DNA from: Camelus dromedarius
Taxonomy: Eukaryota
DNA length: 64,000 nucleotides
Assembly (NCBI RefSeq): GCF_036321535.1
Contig: NC_087436.1
Location: 58,282,001-58,346,000, forward strand
Direction: 5' to 3'
Every line of letters starts with the position of its first letter. The first letter of the stretch is position 1. The position numbers were made by a program, and so were the translations under genes. This document shows positions 14,741-28,037 of the stretch, one piece after another. The notes beneath the pieces are model-generated. The model did no database searches and was not told the DNA's origin. It worked only from the letters and a program-made list of their open reading frames with translations.

Positions 14741-16524
14741 GACCGCAATTATGTAGATCATGTAAGAGGAGAGTTACAAATGCAGAATCAAAATTATTTG
14801 GTAAATTAGGAGTGGAGAAGGTCACAGTAAAGATGTATCTGATATTAATTATGGGATCATCAATCTGAGATTGGGAACACAAGAGAAAGAGCTAGTTTAC
14901 AGAGGAGGGAAGAAAATAAATTTGATTCTGTAGATGCGGAGTTGTTAAATATATGAGAGGCCTAATTTCTCTTTGTTTTAAAACTTTGACTTAAAGTTTT
15001 AGAGATTTCAGTCAGTGATAAGAGCCCTGGAATTAAGACGTTAATTAGTGCCACTATAAAGAAATGCCAAAACTGTGAAAATTCAAAATCATTAGAAGGT
15101 GATGACAGGGGGATGTGCTTAAAGAGAAAGAAAAAGACCACACTGATTTGCCCAAAGAAGCAGAGATTAGCATCCATGTTGATCCACAGGAAAAAGAAAA
15201 ATGCATCATGGCTCATCTCCAGTCCTTGTGGTGTACAGTTATGTTTTCTTTTCTTGAGTTACAACTGAACTGTGTCCTCTTTTTACTGGTACTGGTCTTA
15301 CTGTGTATCTGTACTTTGCCTTCAAATGGGCACTGGCTAAAACATGACCCAAAACAGAGAAAAAATTCCCCCAGAAGGGAACAATCTCTTATGCAAATGC
15401 CATGGAAACTGAGTTGGAAGAGGGTCTATCTGATATTTTACTCTAAAGTCTTTTCAACTTTTAAGACTACTAGTGTAGTAATATACTACTTCCAAGAGGT
15501 TATGGATTGCTTTTCAAAATCAGATTAAAAATATTCCAGAAGGTAGTTTTTAGGCTTAATGGAATCAAACATTCATATTGAAAGCATCACTTTCAATATA
15601 CTTAGTAACTCTGCAATACTGGTAAATATAATAGCAAGAAGATGACTAAGTGATACTACAGTGTTATATGGGAGGAATTAGTCAGAAAACAATTTTTCCT
15701 TCTTTGTTCTTCTACAACTCCTATCTCATCAGTTTATCTTTTTCCATTTTTAAATGTTATTACACCTATCATTAAATTCTTCATTCATTTCCTTACCCTA
15801 GTGTGGGGTAAAAAGCAAATACTGTAAACTGAAATTCATGAATTTTTCTAAGAATCATATAATTGCTCTTCCACCAAAACCCTTTATTGAAGTCACAAGA
15901 AGGGCCTAGTTTGAGAACTCAACATCAATTTATTTATTGTGCTTTTTCCCAAATATAGATATCAAGAAATAATAAAGTCCACAAAGATGATCAAGTAAAA
16001 AAGAAAAAAGATTAAAAGCAAGAGATACATACAGTTCTCAAACTTGATTCTAGACTACATAACAGCACTGATTAAAAAAACAGAAAACCCCTCACATTTA
16101 TGTTTAAATGTGTTAAAAGACATTATAACAGCAGGTATCTCCTCCAAATCAATTGTGCAGAATTTTAGTTGTCCAAAGGCTAAACATGGAAATTTTTAAA
16201 ACTCCAACATAATCTGAGGAATTCTTAGAACAATTTAAATTAAATAATTAAGAAAAATAATATGGACTATACAGAAGAAAAGGTCATGTTCTAGGGTATC
16301 TCAAGAAGGCCAGTGGGGATAGAAAACTACTTGGAAAGGCACAATAAGAGAGATATTAAACAACACAACATAAGTAGCCAGAAGGAAGATAACTAGATAG
16401 GCATATCTAGAGGACATTTGCCACTTTCCCCCCTTCAGATCCCTATGCTCTGTTTCTTCTTTCAAATGTCATTTGTTGTTTGGCAATAAGTGCTCTTAAA
16501 TTACTAAATAAAATCAGAGAACTG

Positions 16525-19500
16525 GTATTAGTAAGATCTGATTTTCATATACTTTCTCATGTGCCTGTTAGCCATCTCTATGTCTTCTTTGGAAAAATGT
16601 CTATTCAAGTCTTCTGCCCATTTTGATTAGGTTACTTTTATATTGAGTTGTATGAGCTGCTTATATATTTTGGATATTAACCCTTTGTTAGTCATATCAT
16701 GTGCAAATATTTTCTCCCAACTCATAGGTTGTTTTTGCTCTGTTGATGGTTTCCTTTGCTGTGCAAAGGTTTTTAAGCTTAACTAGGTCCTGCTTGTTTA
16801 TTTTTGCTTATATTTCTATTGCCTTAGGAGACAGATCCAAAAAAATATTGCTATGATTTATGTCACGGAGTGTTCTGCCTATGTTATCTTCTAGGAGTTT
16901 TTATGATTTGAGATCTTACATTTAGATCTTTAATCCATTCAGTTTATTTTTGTATATGGTGTGAGGAAATGTTCTCATCTCATTCTTTTACAAGTAGCTG
17001 TCCACTTTAACCAGCACCACTTCATGAAGAGACTCTCTTTTTTCCATTGTATATTTTGGCCTCCTTTGTCATAGAGGAGTGGGGTCACTCCTAGGCTTTC
17101 TATTTTGTATCATTGATCTATGCATCTGTTTTTGTGACAGAACCAGAACCATGCTGTTTTGACTATTGTAGCTTTGCACTATAATCTGAAGTCTGAGAAG
17201 GTGATACCTCCACCTTTGTTCTCAAGATTGCTTTGGCAATTCAGAGTATTTTGTGGTTCCATATGAATTTTAGAATTATATGTTTTAGTTCAAACCTGTA
17301 GATAGATTTGGCTTAGGCATGGCCATTTTAACAATATTAATTCTTCCAACCCAAAAGCACAGGATATATTACCATTTCTCTTTATCATTTTCAATTTCCC
17401 TCCCTTTCAGAGTATAAGTCTTTCATCTCCTTAGTTATTTCTAGGTATTTTATTCTTTTTGATGCACCTTTAAACAGTTTTTTAAGTTTCTCTTTCTAAT
17501 AATTCATTATCACTGTATAGAAAAGCAACATATTTCTGTATATTAATCTTATATCCTACAAGGATGCTGAATTCATTTATTAGTTCTAATAGTTTCTGGG
17601 TGGAGACTTCAGGGTTTTCTATATAAAGCATGTCATCTGCAAATAGTGACAGCTTTACTTCTTCCCTTCAAATACAGATACTTACTATTACTTTATCTTG
17701 TCTGATTGCTGTGTATAGAACTTCCAAGACTATGTTAAATCAAAGTGACGAGAGTAGGCATCTTTGTCATGTTCCTTAGTTTAGAGGAAAGGCTTCAGCT
17801 TTTCACTTTTAAATAAGATATTGACTGTGCTTGTCATAAATGGACTTTATTCTGTGGAGATGTGCTCCCTCCATACAAACTTTAATGACAGTTTTCACCA
17901 TAAACAGATGTTGAATTTTCCCCATGATTTTCTGTGTCTTTTGAGATGATCATGTGATTTTTATCCTTCCTTTTGTTAATATGGTGTATCACATTGATTA
18001 ATTTGCAGATATTGAACCAGCTTTGCATCCCTGGGATAAATCCAATGTGTCCTTGGTGTACGATCCTTTTTATACATTGTTACATTTGGTTGACTAACAT
18101 TTTGTTGAGGATTTTTGTATCTATATTCATCAAAGATATTGGCCTGTAATTTTCTTGCTTTGCAGGGTTTTTGTCTCATTTTGGTATCAGGGTAGTGGTG
18201 GCCTTGTAGGATGAATCTGGGAGTGACCTGGCCTCTGCAGTATTCTGGAATAGTTGAGAAGGATAGGTATTAGCTCTTCTTTACAGGTATGGCAGAATTC
18301 CTTTTGAAGCCATCAGTCCTGGACTTAAGGTCACTGCAAGTTTTTTGTTTGTTTTGTTTTTAATTACAATTTCACTACTGTGATCAGTCTGTTCTAACTG
18401 TCTCTTCCTGACTCAGTCTTGGTAGGTTACATGTTTCTAGAAATTTATCCAATTCTTCTAGGTTGTCAAATTTGTTGGCATATAACTGTTCCTAGTAGTC
18501 TCATGATCTTTTGTGTCTCTGTGGTATTGATTGTTATTTCTCCTCTTTCATTTATTTTATTTGGGTCCTCTCTCTTTTTTTCTTGGTAAGCCTGGGTAAA
18601 GGTTTATCAATTTTATCTTTAAAAAAACAGTTCTTGGTTTCACTGATCTTTTCTATTCTTAATCTCTATTGTATTTATTTCTACTCTGATCTTTCTTATT
18701 TCCTTCCTTCTGCTGATTTTGGGCTTTCTGCTTCCTTCTCTAATTTTTTTAGATAGTATATTAGGTGTTTAACATTTTTCTTGTTTCTTGAGGAAGGCCT
18801 ATATCATATAAACTTCCCTCACAGAACTGCTTTCTTGACTCTGATGTAGTTTGTTGTTGTTGTTGTTGTTGTTGTTGTTTTAGTGTTGTGTTTCCATTTT
18901 CATTTGTCTCAGGGTGTTTTGATTTCCTCCTTGATTTCTTCATGTAATCGTTGGTTTTTCAGTAGCTCATGCTTGTTTTTTTCACATTTTTTTCTTGTGT
19001 AACTGATTTCTAGTTTCATACCATTATGATCAGAAAAAAAGCTATTGATACAATTTCTATCCTCTTAAGTTTGTTAATACTTTTTCTTTGGCCTAGCATG
19101 AGACCTATCCTGAGGAATGTTCCATGTGCACTTGAAAAGAATGTGTATTCTGCTGTTTGGGGATGTAATGTCCTGTAGATATCCATTAAGTCCAACTGGT
19201 CTGTTGTGATATTTAAAACCACTATTGCCTCACTGAATTTTTCGTCTGGATGATCTGTCCATTGATGTAAATGGGGTGTTAAAGTCCCCTACTATCATTA
19301 TATTATTGTCAATTTCTCCTATTACGTCCATTAGTACTTGCTTTATATATTCAGATGCTCCAGTATTAGATACATATATGTTAACAAAAGTAGTATCTTT
19401 TTCTTGTATTGATCTCGTTATCATTACCTTTCTTTGACTTTTAAAATAGTCTTTGTTTTAAAGTCTATTTTGTCTGATAGGAATATTGCTATGTCTGCTT

Positions 19501-20830
19501 TCTTGTTGTTTCTGTTTGCATGAAATATATTTTCCATTCCCTAATGTTTTGTTTGTGTCTTTAGCTTTGTAGAAAGTTTCCTACCGGCAGCAAATGGAAG
19601 GGCCTTTTTTTTCTTTTTAATCCAATCAGTCACTTCATGTCTTTTGATTGGAGCATTCAGTCCAATGGCATTAAAGTCATTATTATAGGTATGTCATTAT
19701 TGCCACTTTATTACTTGTTTTGTCATTTTAGTAATTCTTCTCTATTCATTTCTTCTTCATTTTGTTTATTCCCTTGTGGTTTGATGATTTTCTTTAGTAG
19801 CATGATTCTGTTGCTATCTTTCTAGGTTTTGTGTGTCTATGACCAAGTTTTTGATTTGTGGTTACCATGGGGTTCATGTATGCTGACCTATAATTATTTA
19901 AACTGGCAGTCATTTAAGTTCAAACATATTCTAAAAGATCTACTTTTTTTAAACCCCTCCAATCCACATTTTTTGTTTCTGATGTCATATTTATATCTTC
20001 ATACTTATCCCTTAATTAATTGCTTACTGTAGTTTTAGATACTTTTACAAATTTTTTTGTATTTTAATGCCCCATGCCTCCACTATTCCTGCCCTGTTGT
20101 GGAATCACTACACAGGGCAGGTGGGGCACACACAGCCTCTCACCCTCACTATACATTAAGGGTGAGCTGTGGTACAGTGGTCACCTTCGGAGACCTGAGC
20201 TGCTCCTGAGGCACTGCTTGAGTAAGCACCAACAATGAAGCTGCTGCCACCTCACCCAGGCTCCAGTGCAGGACCAGGTCACCAGGGTCCTTTGGTGTCC
20301 CAGGGATACCTCTGTGTCCCATTTATTTTCCCTGGTCATGGCCACCCTAGGTCCAGTGCCGACCTGTGACGTACAGGGCAGGAACATTTGCTCGGCTTGG
20401 GCTGGGGCTTGGTGAAGCAGTTGCAGGACATGCAGCAGCCACTAGAGCAGACCTCTGTCCCCTGCCTCACAAGCAGCTTTCCACAACCTTTCTGTAAGCA
20501 GTCCCCCAATCAGACAAAGGGGCTTGTCTCCCGAATGCAGGACCCCAAGATTGGCATGCCCAATCTGTGGCTGGAACCACTCACTCCACAAGGAGGATCT
20601 CCATGTGTAATCTCCCTTTTCCTCTAAGTCCGGACCTGATCACTTTTCTTCCTTTCTTACCCAAATCTGTGTGTATCTTTCTCATAGTCTTGGTTGTTCA
20701 GGAGTTCTCCTGCTAGTTTCCAGTTAGTTTTCAGTGAGAACTGGTCCACATGTAAGTGTATTCTGATGTGTTTATGGGGGGAGTGGTGAGATGCACATCC
20801 TCTTACTCTGCCATCTTGTTCTGAACCCCC
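16525..20830 (-). mobile_element. Old degraded L1 with 5' UTR, spacer and most of ORF2; ORF1 and 3' UTR missing
   Basis: Endonuclease fragments in ORFs 19230..19424 (VNIY...IVGDFNTPFTSMDRSSR) and 19016..19222 (DIYRTLHP...YTFFSSAHGTF). RT-region antisense sequence at 17.3-18.3 kb. The 5' end reads 'ggggttcagaacaagatggcagag' on the minus strand at ~20830. Many frameshifts. Confidence 0.92.
18851..18879. repeat. (TTG)n microsatellite inside L1 ORF2
   Basis: Seen directly; it produces the poly-Q in ORF 18761..18943. Confidence 0.95.
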
Positions 20831-21411
20831 ACTCCCACCACTATGAAAATATTCTAAATACAAGCTATGAGTTTCTCAACCAGAAATAGGTTTTGTCTGC
20901 CTGAAATGTTCTCTGCCCCTCCCCTCGCCATAACTCTGTTTACATGTATCTTGTTTTGCTAAGGCCAATGTTCTCTAGAAATTCTTCCTGGCCATTCCAG
21001 TCCATAAATCTCTCCTTTTTATAAAAGTTGTCATATATAATTCAATATTTGTCATTATATTACTTTTGCAAAAAGTGGTCTATTTGGCTTGTTATGAAAA
21101 AGTGCTGAAAATTTTAGGATCTATAAGCTGGATCAAAGTTCAGGATAATAATAAATTATACATAATCACACTCCCCTGGAATTGCCATCCAGCATAGAGA
21201 GAAAAGTAAATATTTGGAGCAGTACTCCTAAATGGGTAAAGCCTAAGTACATGTCTGATGCTAGTGAGAGACATATTATTATATTTGGTAATGATATTCA
21301 ATAGATTAAGAAAAGAAATGGATGAGAATTCATGACTGTTATCTTTTTGGCAATTGCTGAGACATAAGTGCTCAACAACTCCTACCCCTCCCCCCTTTTA
21401 TTTTAAAGAAA

Positions 21412-21936
21412 TGCGTTAGTTTCCTACTGCTGCTGTGCTGAAACAAACTTCAAAAATCGACTGTCTTAAAATAACATAAATTTATTCGTTATACTTCTAC
21501 TGGTCAGAAATCCAGAATGGTCTTATGCCACTGAAGTCAAGGTGTCCAGAGGGCTACATTTCCTTTGGAGGCTTTTTAGGACAGAATTTGTTCCTTTTCT
21601 GTCTTTTTAGGACAGAATTTGTTCCTCAACTTTTACAACTTTGAAAGGCACCTTACATTCCTTGGTTCATAGACTTTTCCACCTTCAAAACAAGTACTCC
21701 AACCTCTGCTTCCATTATCCCGTCTCTTTTTCTGCCTCTGTTGCCTCCCTCCCTCTTTCACTTATAAGGACCCTGTGATTACACTGGGCACACCCAGATA
21801 AACTGGGATAATTTCCCCATTTTAATATCCTCACATTCCATGTCTAAAATCATTCTTGCCATTTCAGGTAATATACTTGTAGGTTCTAGAGATTAGGAAG
21901 TGGATATATTTGGGAGTCATTATTTTGTCTAACACA
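21412..21936 (-). mobile_element. MLT1-type MaLR LTR
   Basis: 'tgcgttagtttcctactgctgctg...aacataaatttatt...cacttataaggaccctgtgattacactgggcacacccagata...aacaca' is typical antisense MLT1. Confidence 0.8.
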
Positions 21937-23815
21937 TGAATCTTCCTTCATTTGAAATTAGTCCAATGCTAGCACTTTTCTTTACAAACTATTTCTTTTT
22001 AATTCTAAGATTTACAAATACTGTTCTCTTTTCAAGTGATTTCAAGTTTCAAATGGATATAATTTCATTGCTTTTTGGTTGAGAAAAAAGTCTCCTCAAG
22101 TGAGCTAATCAACAGACATTGGAATCCATCTGAAAGGTGATTCATGATATAAAATAAGAAAAGGAATTTTTTCCCAATACACTTTTTCAGGAAATGTTCA
22201 CACAATTGAAATGAGGATCAAGAGAGTCTGAGTAGCATTTATATCAGTTGGAAGTACTATAAATTCTAAGTTCAAAAAGTGTAGTTAAGTCAATTACATA
22301 AAGTTCCTAACTAAATTATAAATCTGTGGATGGAAGAGGTTATAATTTTTAAAATTTCCTATTATTATACAATATACACTACTTTAAGGAACATGAATAT
22401 GAGATTAGTATTAAATAGAATAACTGTTAAATTGGATTAATTCTATGTTAAAATGTTCAACATTATCATTCTAAATGTGTAAATGAAATAGAACCATTAA
22501 TGTGCAATAATTCATGGCTAAAATAAATGTATTAAGAAACATGAAAGGGAAAAACCTAGGATAGTCTAAATAAAATGTCCCATTTTTACTCATATTCTTG
22601 ATTCTAACATTCATGAATATCAAATTTTTAAAAAAAATTCATCAGGTAGAGAAAATAAAATGATACACTTTTAACTTTTCAAACATTATCTGAATTAAGA
22701 AAGTCAAGTACTTTAAAGTTCATTTAATTTACTTTTAAGGGTAAAGTTAACATAATTTATCATTTCTAATATGTTTCATTTCTATGGGTTGCTAGGGATA
22801 TTTAAGGGTGAATTTCAAAGAAACAGTCAGTTTTTTCATATTTGTTTGAAAAGAAAAAACAAAAACAATACTGCACCAAGGCTGGCTCAGGAATACAAGT
22901 TTTGAGGCCAGGATGGAGCTTCTCTTTGGGATACATAAACTTATAATTGGTCTTTATTTCCCAGCCTAACTGAAGGTAAGAAAGTCCTGGAGAACCTTCT
23001 CTTCTGCTCCAAGATCTCTGCTCCTCTGAAGAACTTGAAAGGGAGTAGAACATTCTGTTTGCAGGAGGATCATTGTTCTTATTCCATCAGCTTTAAGACT
23101 TTGGCATTCTTAATCCTAGTAGAGGCTACACCAAAACTTACATCATTTTTAAAGGGAAAAACCAAGGACCAAAGTCTGCAGGATCTTACTCAGTTTAATT
23201 CAGTGATAGCAAAAGTCATTTGCAACACCTTGACTAGATGGGTACTTTTGAATTGTGCTTGGTCTCTTAGAAAGTGTTTAGGAAGCAAGGAGATCTTATG
23301 ATAAACTGATTCTACAAGTCCTTGCAGCCTTGCTAGTAGGCTACCTAGTTTACACCAATTTTCATGAGTCCTCACCTTCAGAAACCAAGTGCTTCCTAAA
23401 CTGGATATTTGCCTTTTCAATTCTACATGTCTCCTTGTCTCCTTTTAGTCTTGTCCCCTGACTATCTCCCCCACCTGTGTCCCACACATCAACTAGCTCT
23501 GAATTCTTGGGCATGGGTTATTGAATCAAGATTCCCTCCTGTGTTAGCTTGTGCAGTGATTGTTCCATATTAGATTGTTTTAGACCAAGGCCATAATAAA
23601 GAACATTTAAGCTCCAGTCAATCATTTACACCATAGAGTCAGAAAGTCAATATGGCCTAAAGAGTAGAAGGTAAGGGATGATTTGCAGGATTTCCCATTT
23701 GAATGGAAATTAGAAACTGTAACTGACCTAAAATGAATAGGCTGTGAGGTAGTACCAGTGTTTTCTCTGCCTTACCTGCTTCCTAAGTATCAGATACTTC
23801 ACCTATCTAACAGAA

Positions 23816-23817
<2 letters not shown>

Positions 23818-23853
<36 letters not shown>
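23818..23853. repeat. (CA)n microsatellite
   Basis: Seen directly. Confidence 0.95.
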
Positions 23854-23856
<3 letters not shown>

Positions 23857-24611
23857 AGAGAGACAAAGGGAAAGGAAAGTAAGAGAGTGGACATCCTAAC
23901 TTTCTTTGTAAAACTGTTTGTTTTAAAACCAATCTCATAGGTACAACTGATCACTAATTTTCTCAGCATACTGTGTGTTACAAATCAGTCCTTGATGTAT
24001 ATGCATGCCAGGCACTGTACTGGGCCTTGAAGCTACAAAATTGGGGCGCATGCACAACAACAAACACATAATCACACAAAACAATATCAACAACAAAATA
24101 AAAAAGGCTTATAGTTTTGTGGGGAGAAAAGCATGCAAATATGTAAAAGTCATATGATCCTTCTCTTTTTTTATATAAAAGGAGTACCACTATGGTCATA
24201 TTAGTTCTTAGCAGGAAGAATACCTCAACAACAAAATCTCAGTTAAAAGGCTAAAAACTGAGTAGTCATATCTAAGTCTATAATAATGGCTAGAATAAAC
24301 ACAAAGGGAACTACATTCACTTAATACTAACAATAAACTGCAGCCTAAGCACCTCTAGGCTAAAACAATAGTAGTCCCTGCCTCTATTGTCACATATATC
24401 ATCCTGCTATAAAACTACATGTTTCCATGGCAATTGCTTATATACTCAGGGTTTCTTTGAAGGCAGGGATTTGTCATATATGTAAATATAACTCAAGCAT
24501 GTATTATGTCCATACATAATACGTATTCAATAACAGACTGATGGAGAAGTTAATGAAAAATATATTCTACATTTTATTGAATCAGTAGCCCTACAATTTA
24601 AAGTTGTTTGT

Positions 24612-25506
24612 TATCATCCTTTGTCACGAAGGGAAGATGTAGAGCCAGATACTCGGTCGTGCACCTCCACAAGGTTATAGAAGCTGAGCCATCACCTACC
24701 GGCATCTCAGAACAACTGGCTGAAATAAGTGCCCTTAACACAAGCCTTGGAGCTTGCCCAAAGAAAGAGCCCATACCAACAGATCTTTAATGAACCAGGG
24801 TAGCTCCAAAGGCAACTCTGGGCTTTAGTCCTAATGAAGCTCTTCGTGGAAGGCCATTCATTCGGGCAAAAACACTAACAGATAATAAAGTCACCTCTTT
24901 AGGGGCATATGTCCAAGCTCTTCCAAAACACACTGAGGAAATTTAGGCTAAAACACGAGACCTCAGGTGACAACACAATCGCCTTTGTATGTCCCTGGCA
25001 CTGAGATGTTGGTCAAAGTCTGGAAAGATGGCTCCTCATCCTCCAAGCTTCAACTTCTTCGAAAAGGGCCTTACCCTTTTCATATATCCTCCCTCACTAC
25101 AGTAAAGTTTCCTGGGACTGCCAGCTGGATACACCATACCCAAGTAAAGCCCTGGAAGTTCACCCAGGAAGATCAATCTATTAAAAACCTGGACCCTGGT
25201 ACCCAAGACATCTTGGATCCCACATATTCTTGTAAACCTATTATCGATCTTTGCCTTTCAAGCAGCACTCCGAGGTGATCAAACTTCAGATGGTTATGCA
25301 ACAAGGCAACTGACCAGTCAAGATGGCCTCTACACGAGTCCCCTCGACACACACCAACCTTCCATTCACCAACTGCCCAATGATAGTCAGCTAGTATAGG
25401 AATCCCAACAAGCCCCCTCTTAGCCCCAGTCCAGCAGGAAGTAGCTAGAGCAGTCATCACCCTCTGTGTCCCAAAGATTTGGGGTCCTATGACTAAAGAG
25501 AGGAAA
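24612..25506 (+). mobile_element. Deleted class I (gamma-like) ERV internal remnant: RNase H piece, integrase C-terminus, env 3' tail and PPT
   Basis: ORF 24608..24790 (SSFV...YSVVHLHKVIEAEPSPTGISEQLAEISAL) matches the ERV1 RNase H motif SSFV..G.R.AGYAVV....IEA..LP.GTSAQ.AELIAL. ORF 24967..25278 has the integrase GPY motif and WIHH. 'cagcaggaagtagctagagcagtc' is typical of the ERV1 env end. Purine tract 'aaagagaggaaa' lies just before TG at 25507. Confidence 0.85.
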
Positions 25507-26003
25507 TGTTAGGTAGTTAGGTAAGTGGGGACATCGGGCAGATAGATGGAGGAGAAGGAGGATGGTCAGAAAGATGGGGTTGTGCCCACCTCCAGCATAA
25601 AGGGACTTGCCTATTTCTTCTAAATTAGTGCCAGCAAGAAACCGGTTAAACCCAAGAGCCAAGACTGCGGAAAGGACTTAACTAGACACAAAGCAACGTT
25701 CATTGTATTATAATTAACATTTCAGTTTAGCCTCCAACTCCCCACTCATGGATTTTTATTCATACACCATGGGTAAGGACATGCACAAAAGGGGCCAAAC
25801 ATGACTAAGCATTCCAGGAACAAAAGCCATCAATCAATCAAAAGACCACCTCTAAGCAAGGGTATAAGAGAAAGGGGAGACAAAAAATACGACTTTTCCT
25901 CCCTCAGATTAGCCTGCCTCCCATTCTTGGAGGTGTACTTTTTCTTCTCTACATAAATCTTTTAAAATCTTAAACTACACACACAGAAAACAAAAATAAA
26001 AAA
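25507..26003 (+). mobile_element. 3' LTR (U3-R) of the ERV1 remnant followed by an A-rich tail
   Basis: Starts TGTTAGG right after the PPT, has TATA-like 'gtataag' at ~25862 and a degenerate polyA signal 'cataaa' at ~25952, then 'gaaaacaaaaataaaaaa'. Confidence 0.7.
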
Positions 26004-26545
26004 TTATCATTTAAAATTAAATATATATGTAAATATACACAAAATGACAGAACGCTAAAAATTATATTCAAATTATCTATCTCCATTTTCAATATTTACT
26101 CTTGTTTCTGAAATTATTTACAAATTTAGAGTGAACAGTATGGGATGCAGACTACACTACACTAAACATTCCTGATTCCATGTATTTCAGTGTAACTGGA
26201 CTCCATTGGATCCTTTCAAAGAAATATTCTCAACTTCTCTCACTTAGCTATTTTTACTAATTTTTCTCTCTCCCACTTAAGGGACAAAACAATATAAGAA
26301 TTTCTAGAACACTGCTATTTTTAAAAATGTATAAATAAAATGCATTTCTACTTCTACTCTTTTCTGTGTTTCCAAACATTCCTTTTAATTCATGAAATTG
26401 GGATGACCAAATAATCAATCTGAAATATGACTATTAATTTCCCTATAAAACTTGCCCTGAAAAGAACTGCCATTGGGAACAAAAGCGTTTGCCTACAGTG
26501 TCCTATTTATTCATGTTTTTTCAAGAGAACAAATGTGTGTAAGAA

Positions 26546-26624
26546 AAATCAGTTTTCTAAAGTCACCCCTTTAATTATTCAATAATAAATCAGTTTTCCT
26601 AAAGTTACCCTCTTTAATTACTCA
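26546..26624. repeat. Imperfect tandem duplication of a ~36-38-bp unit
   Basis: aaatcagttttctaaagtcacccctttaattattca (26546-26581) versus aaatcagttttcctaaagttaccctctttaattactca (26587-26624). Confidence 0.9.
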
Positions 26625-26675
26625 TGATTAGTAGAAAATTAAATATAGTCCTACTTCGGTTAATGCCGAAAACAC
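26616..26675. repeat. 60-bp direct repeat, copy 1 (copy 2 at 28249-28308)
   Basis: Manual ungapped alignment: 53/60 identical, with a perfect 26-bp core tcatgattagtagaaaattaaatata. Confidence 0.9.
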
Positions 26676-27942
26676 AACAAATTGCAAATGCAATTTGAAG
26701 ATGAGTTCATGTATAGATCATGTAGAAAAATATACATTAAAATAAATGTATTGCTCATATTTTTCATTGGACACTTTGCTTCATTTGAATATAATATATT
26801 AAGGATTTTTCCTAGGTTGCAAATGTACAGAGAAGTCAGAAAGCTCCTGCTAATTATGAACATGAATAATCGTTTACAATGAAGCCAGAGATCAGGTCTT
26901 CCCAAAGTTGCTAATCTTTTTTTTTAAACCTATGAAAGTATTTCTTCTCTAAAATAAGCTATGTGTATTGTTTTGGTGTCCAACTCAAGAGCTTCTATTC
27001 ACTGCAAGTTGTAGTAAACGTAAACAAAACAACGATAGATGCTTCTCTTTTATTGGGATTCTTTCCTCAGAGCAAGGCTAGGATATCCAATTGCATATCA
27101 TCTAAAAGCTTAATCTCTGTACTCTTCTGATCATATAAATCTTTAGTTTATTTTTAAAAACTTAAGCTAGTACATAGTTATCATCCTTAAAGTTGGAATT
27201 AGTATTTTATTTACTTGCATGCCACATCTCCTACAATTTTCACTATTTTATGATTTAAATGGCATAATTCTTTCTACTTTTGTATAATATATTGGTATTC
27301 AAACCCACCTTTTTACTCGGTAAAATTTTTGATAGCTAGATGAGCTAGGTTCTGAATAATTTACTATCTGCTGCAAAAATGCAAAATAACATCTTTGTGC
27401 TTTGATTTAACTGATTGTTTATTCACTTGCACCAACCAAATCCAAATCTCAACTCTATTGGCAACTCAAGATTATAAAAACAACAATAATGAACTGAGGA
27501 ACATTTTCTTCTGTTCTCTAAAAGACCCTATGTTATTACTTTAGACTTGTTTTACACCAATCACTAAAATAGCCTGGTGCCTCTTCTAGAGAAACACCTT
27601 AACTCACTCAGCATGGACTAAGTAAAATTGGCTTTAAATCTGTTTAAAAGCAAATGATTTATAAAAGAAAAGTATAAAAACATATTATACATACACAAAG
27701 AAAATGGCAAAAAAAATGAAGGTGGATTTAGCTCCATTAAATTCTATTAATTTGTGTGTGCTTAATCTAAGTCAAAGATGAATCCAATAAAATGACATTC
27801 CTCGTGGTGAAAAAAATCAATGCAATTTTATATTACTGTTCAGGAGGTGCGTGTCAATATAACTTTTCCTGTGGAGAGTAAAAATTAAGCTTCCTTTAAA
27901 AATACCTGAGACCATAAATGCTGTGACAATTTTGCTTCCTAC

Positions 27943-28037
27943 CTTTTCTACATAGTAGTTTATGCTTATAATCAATAGACAAAATGGAGTATTACAAGAT
28001 GCAAACATTGTTGCAGAGTATATTATCCCAGATGAAA
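27943..28037 (-). other. Candidate 95-nt exon of an unidentified minus-strand transcript
   Basis: Strong acceptor ttttcctttttttttctgcctttcag| and donor AAG|gtagga. One frame is open (SSGIIYSATMFASCNTPFCLLIISINYYVEK). Peptide not recognised. Confidence 0.35.

Noticed and set aside
15115..15528. 137-aa ORF with a hydrophobic stretch
   Set aside because: No ATG start, no convincing splice signals and no recognisable homology; likely a chance ORF.
18761..18943. Poly-glutamine ORF
   Set aside because: Translation of a (TTG)n microsatellite inside decayed L1 ORF2.
26616..26675. Repeated 60-mer as a C/D snoRNA pair or CRISPR-like repeat
   Set aside because: The C box is imperfect, there is no CTGA D box or terminal stem, there are only two copies, and the context is mammalian.
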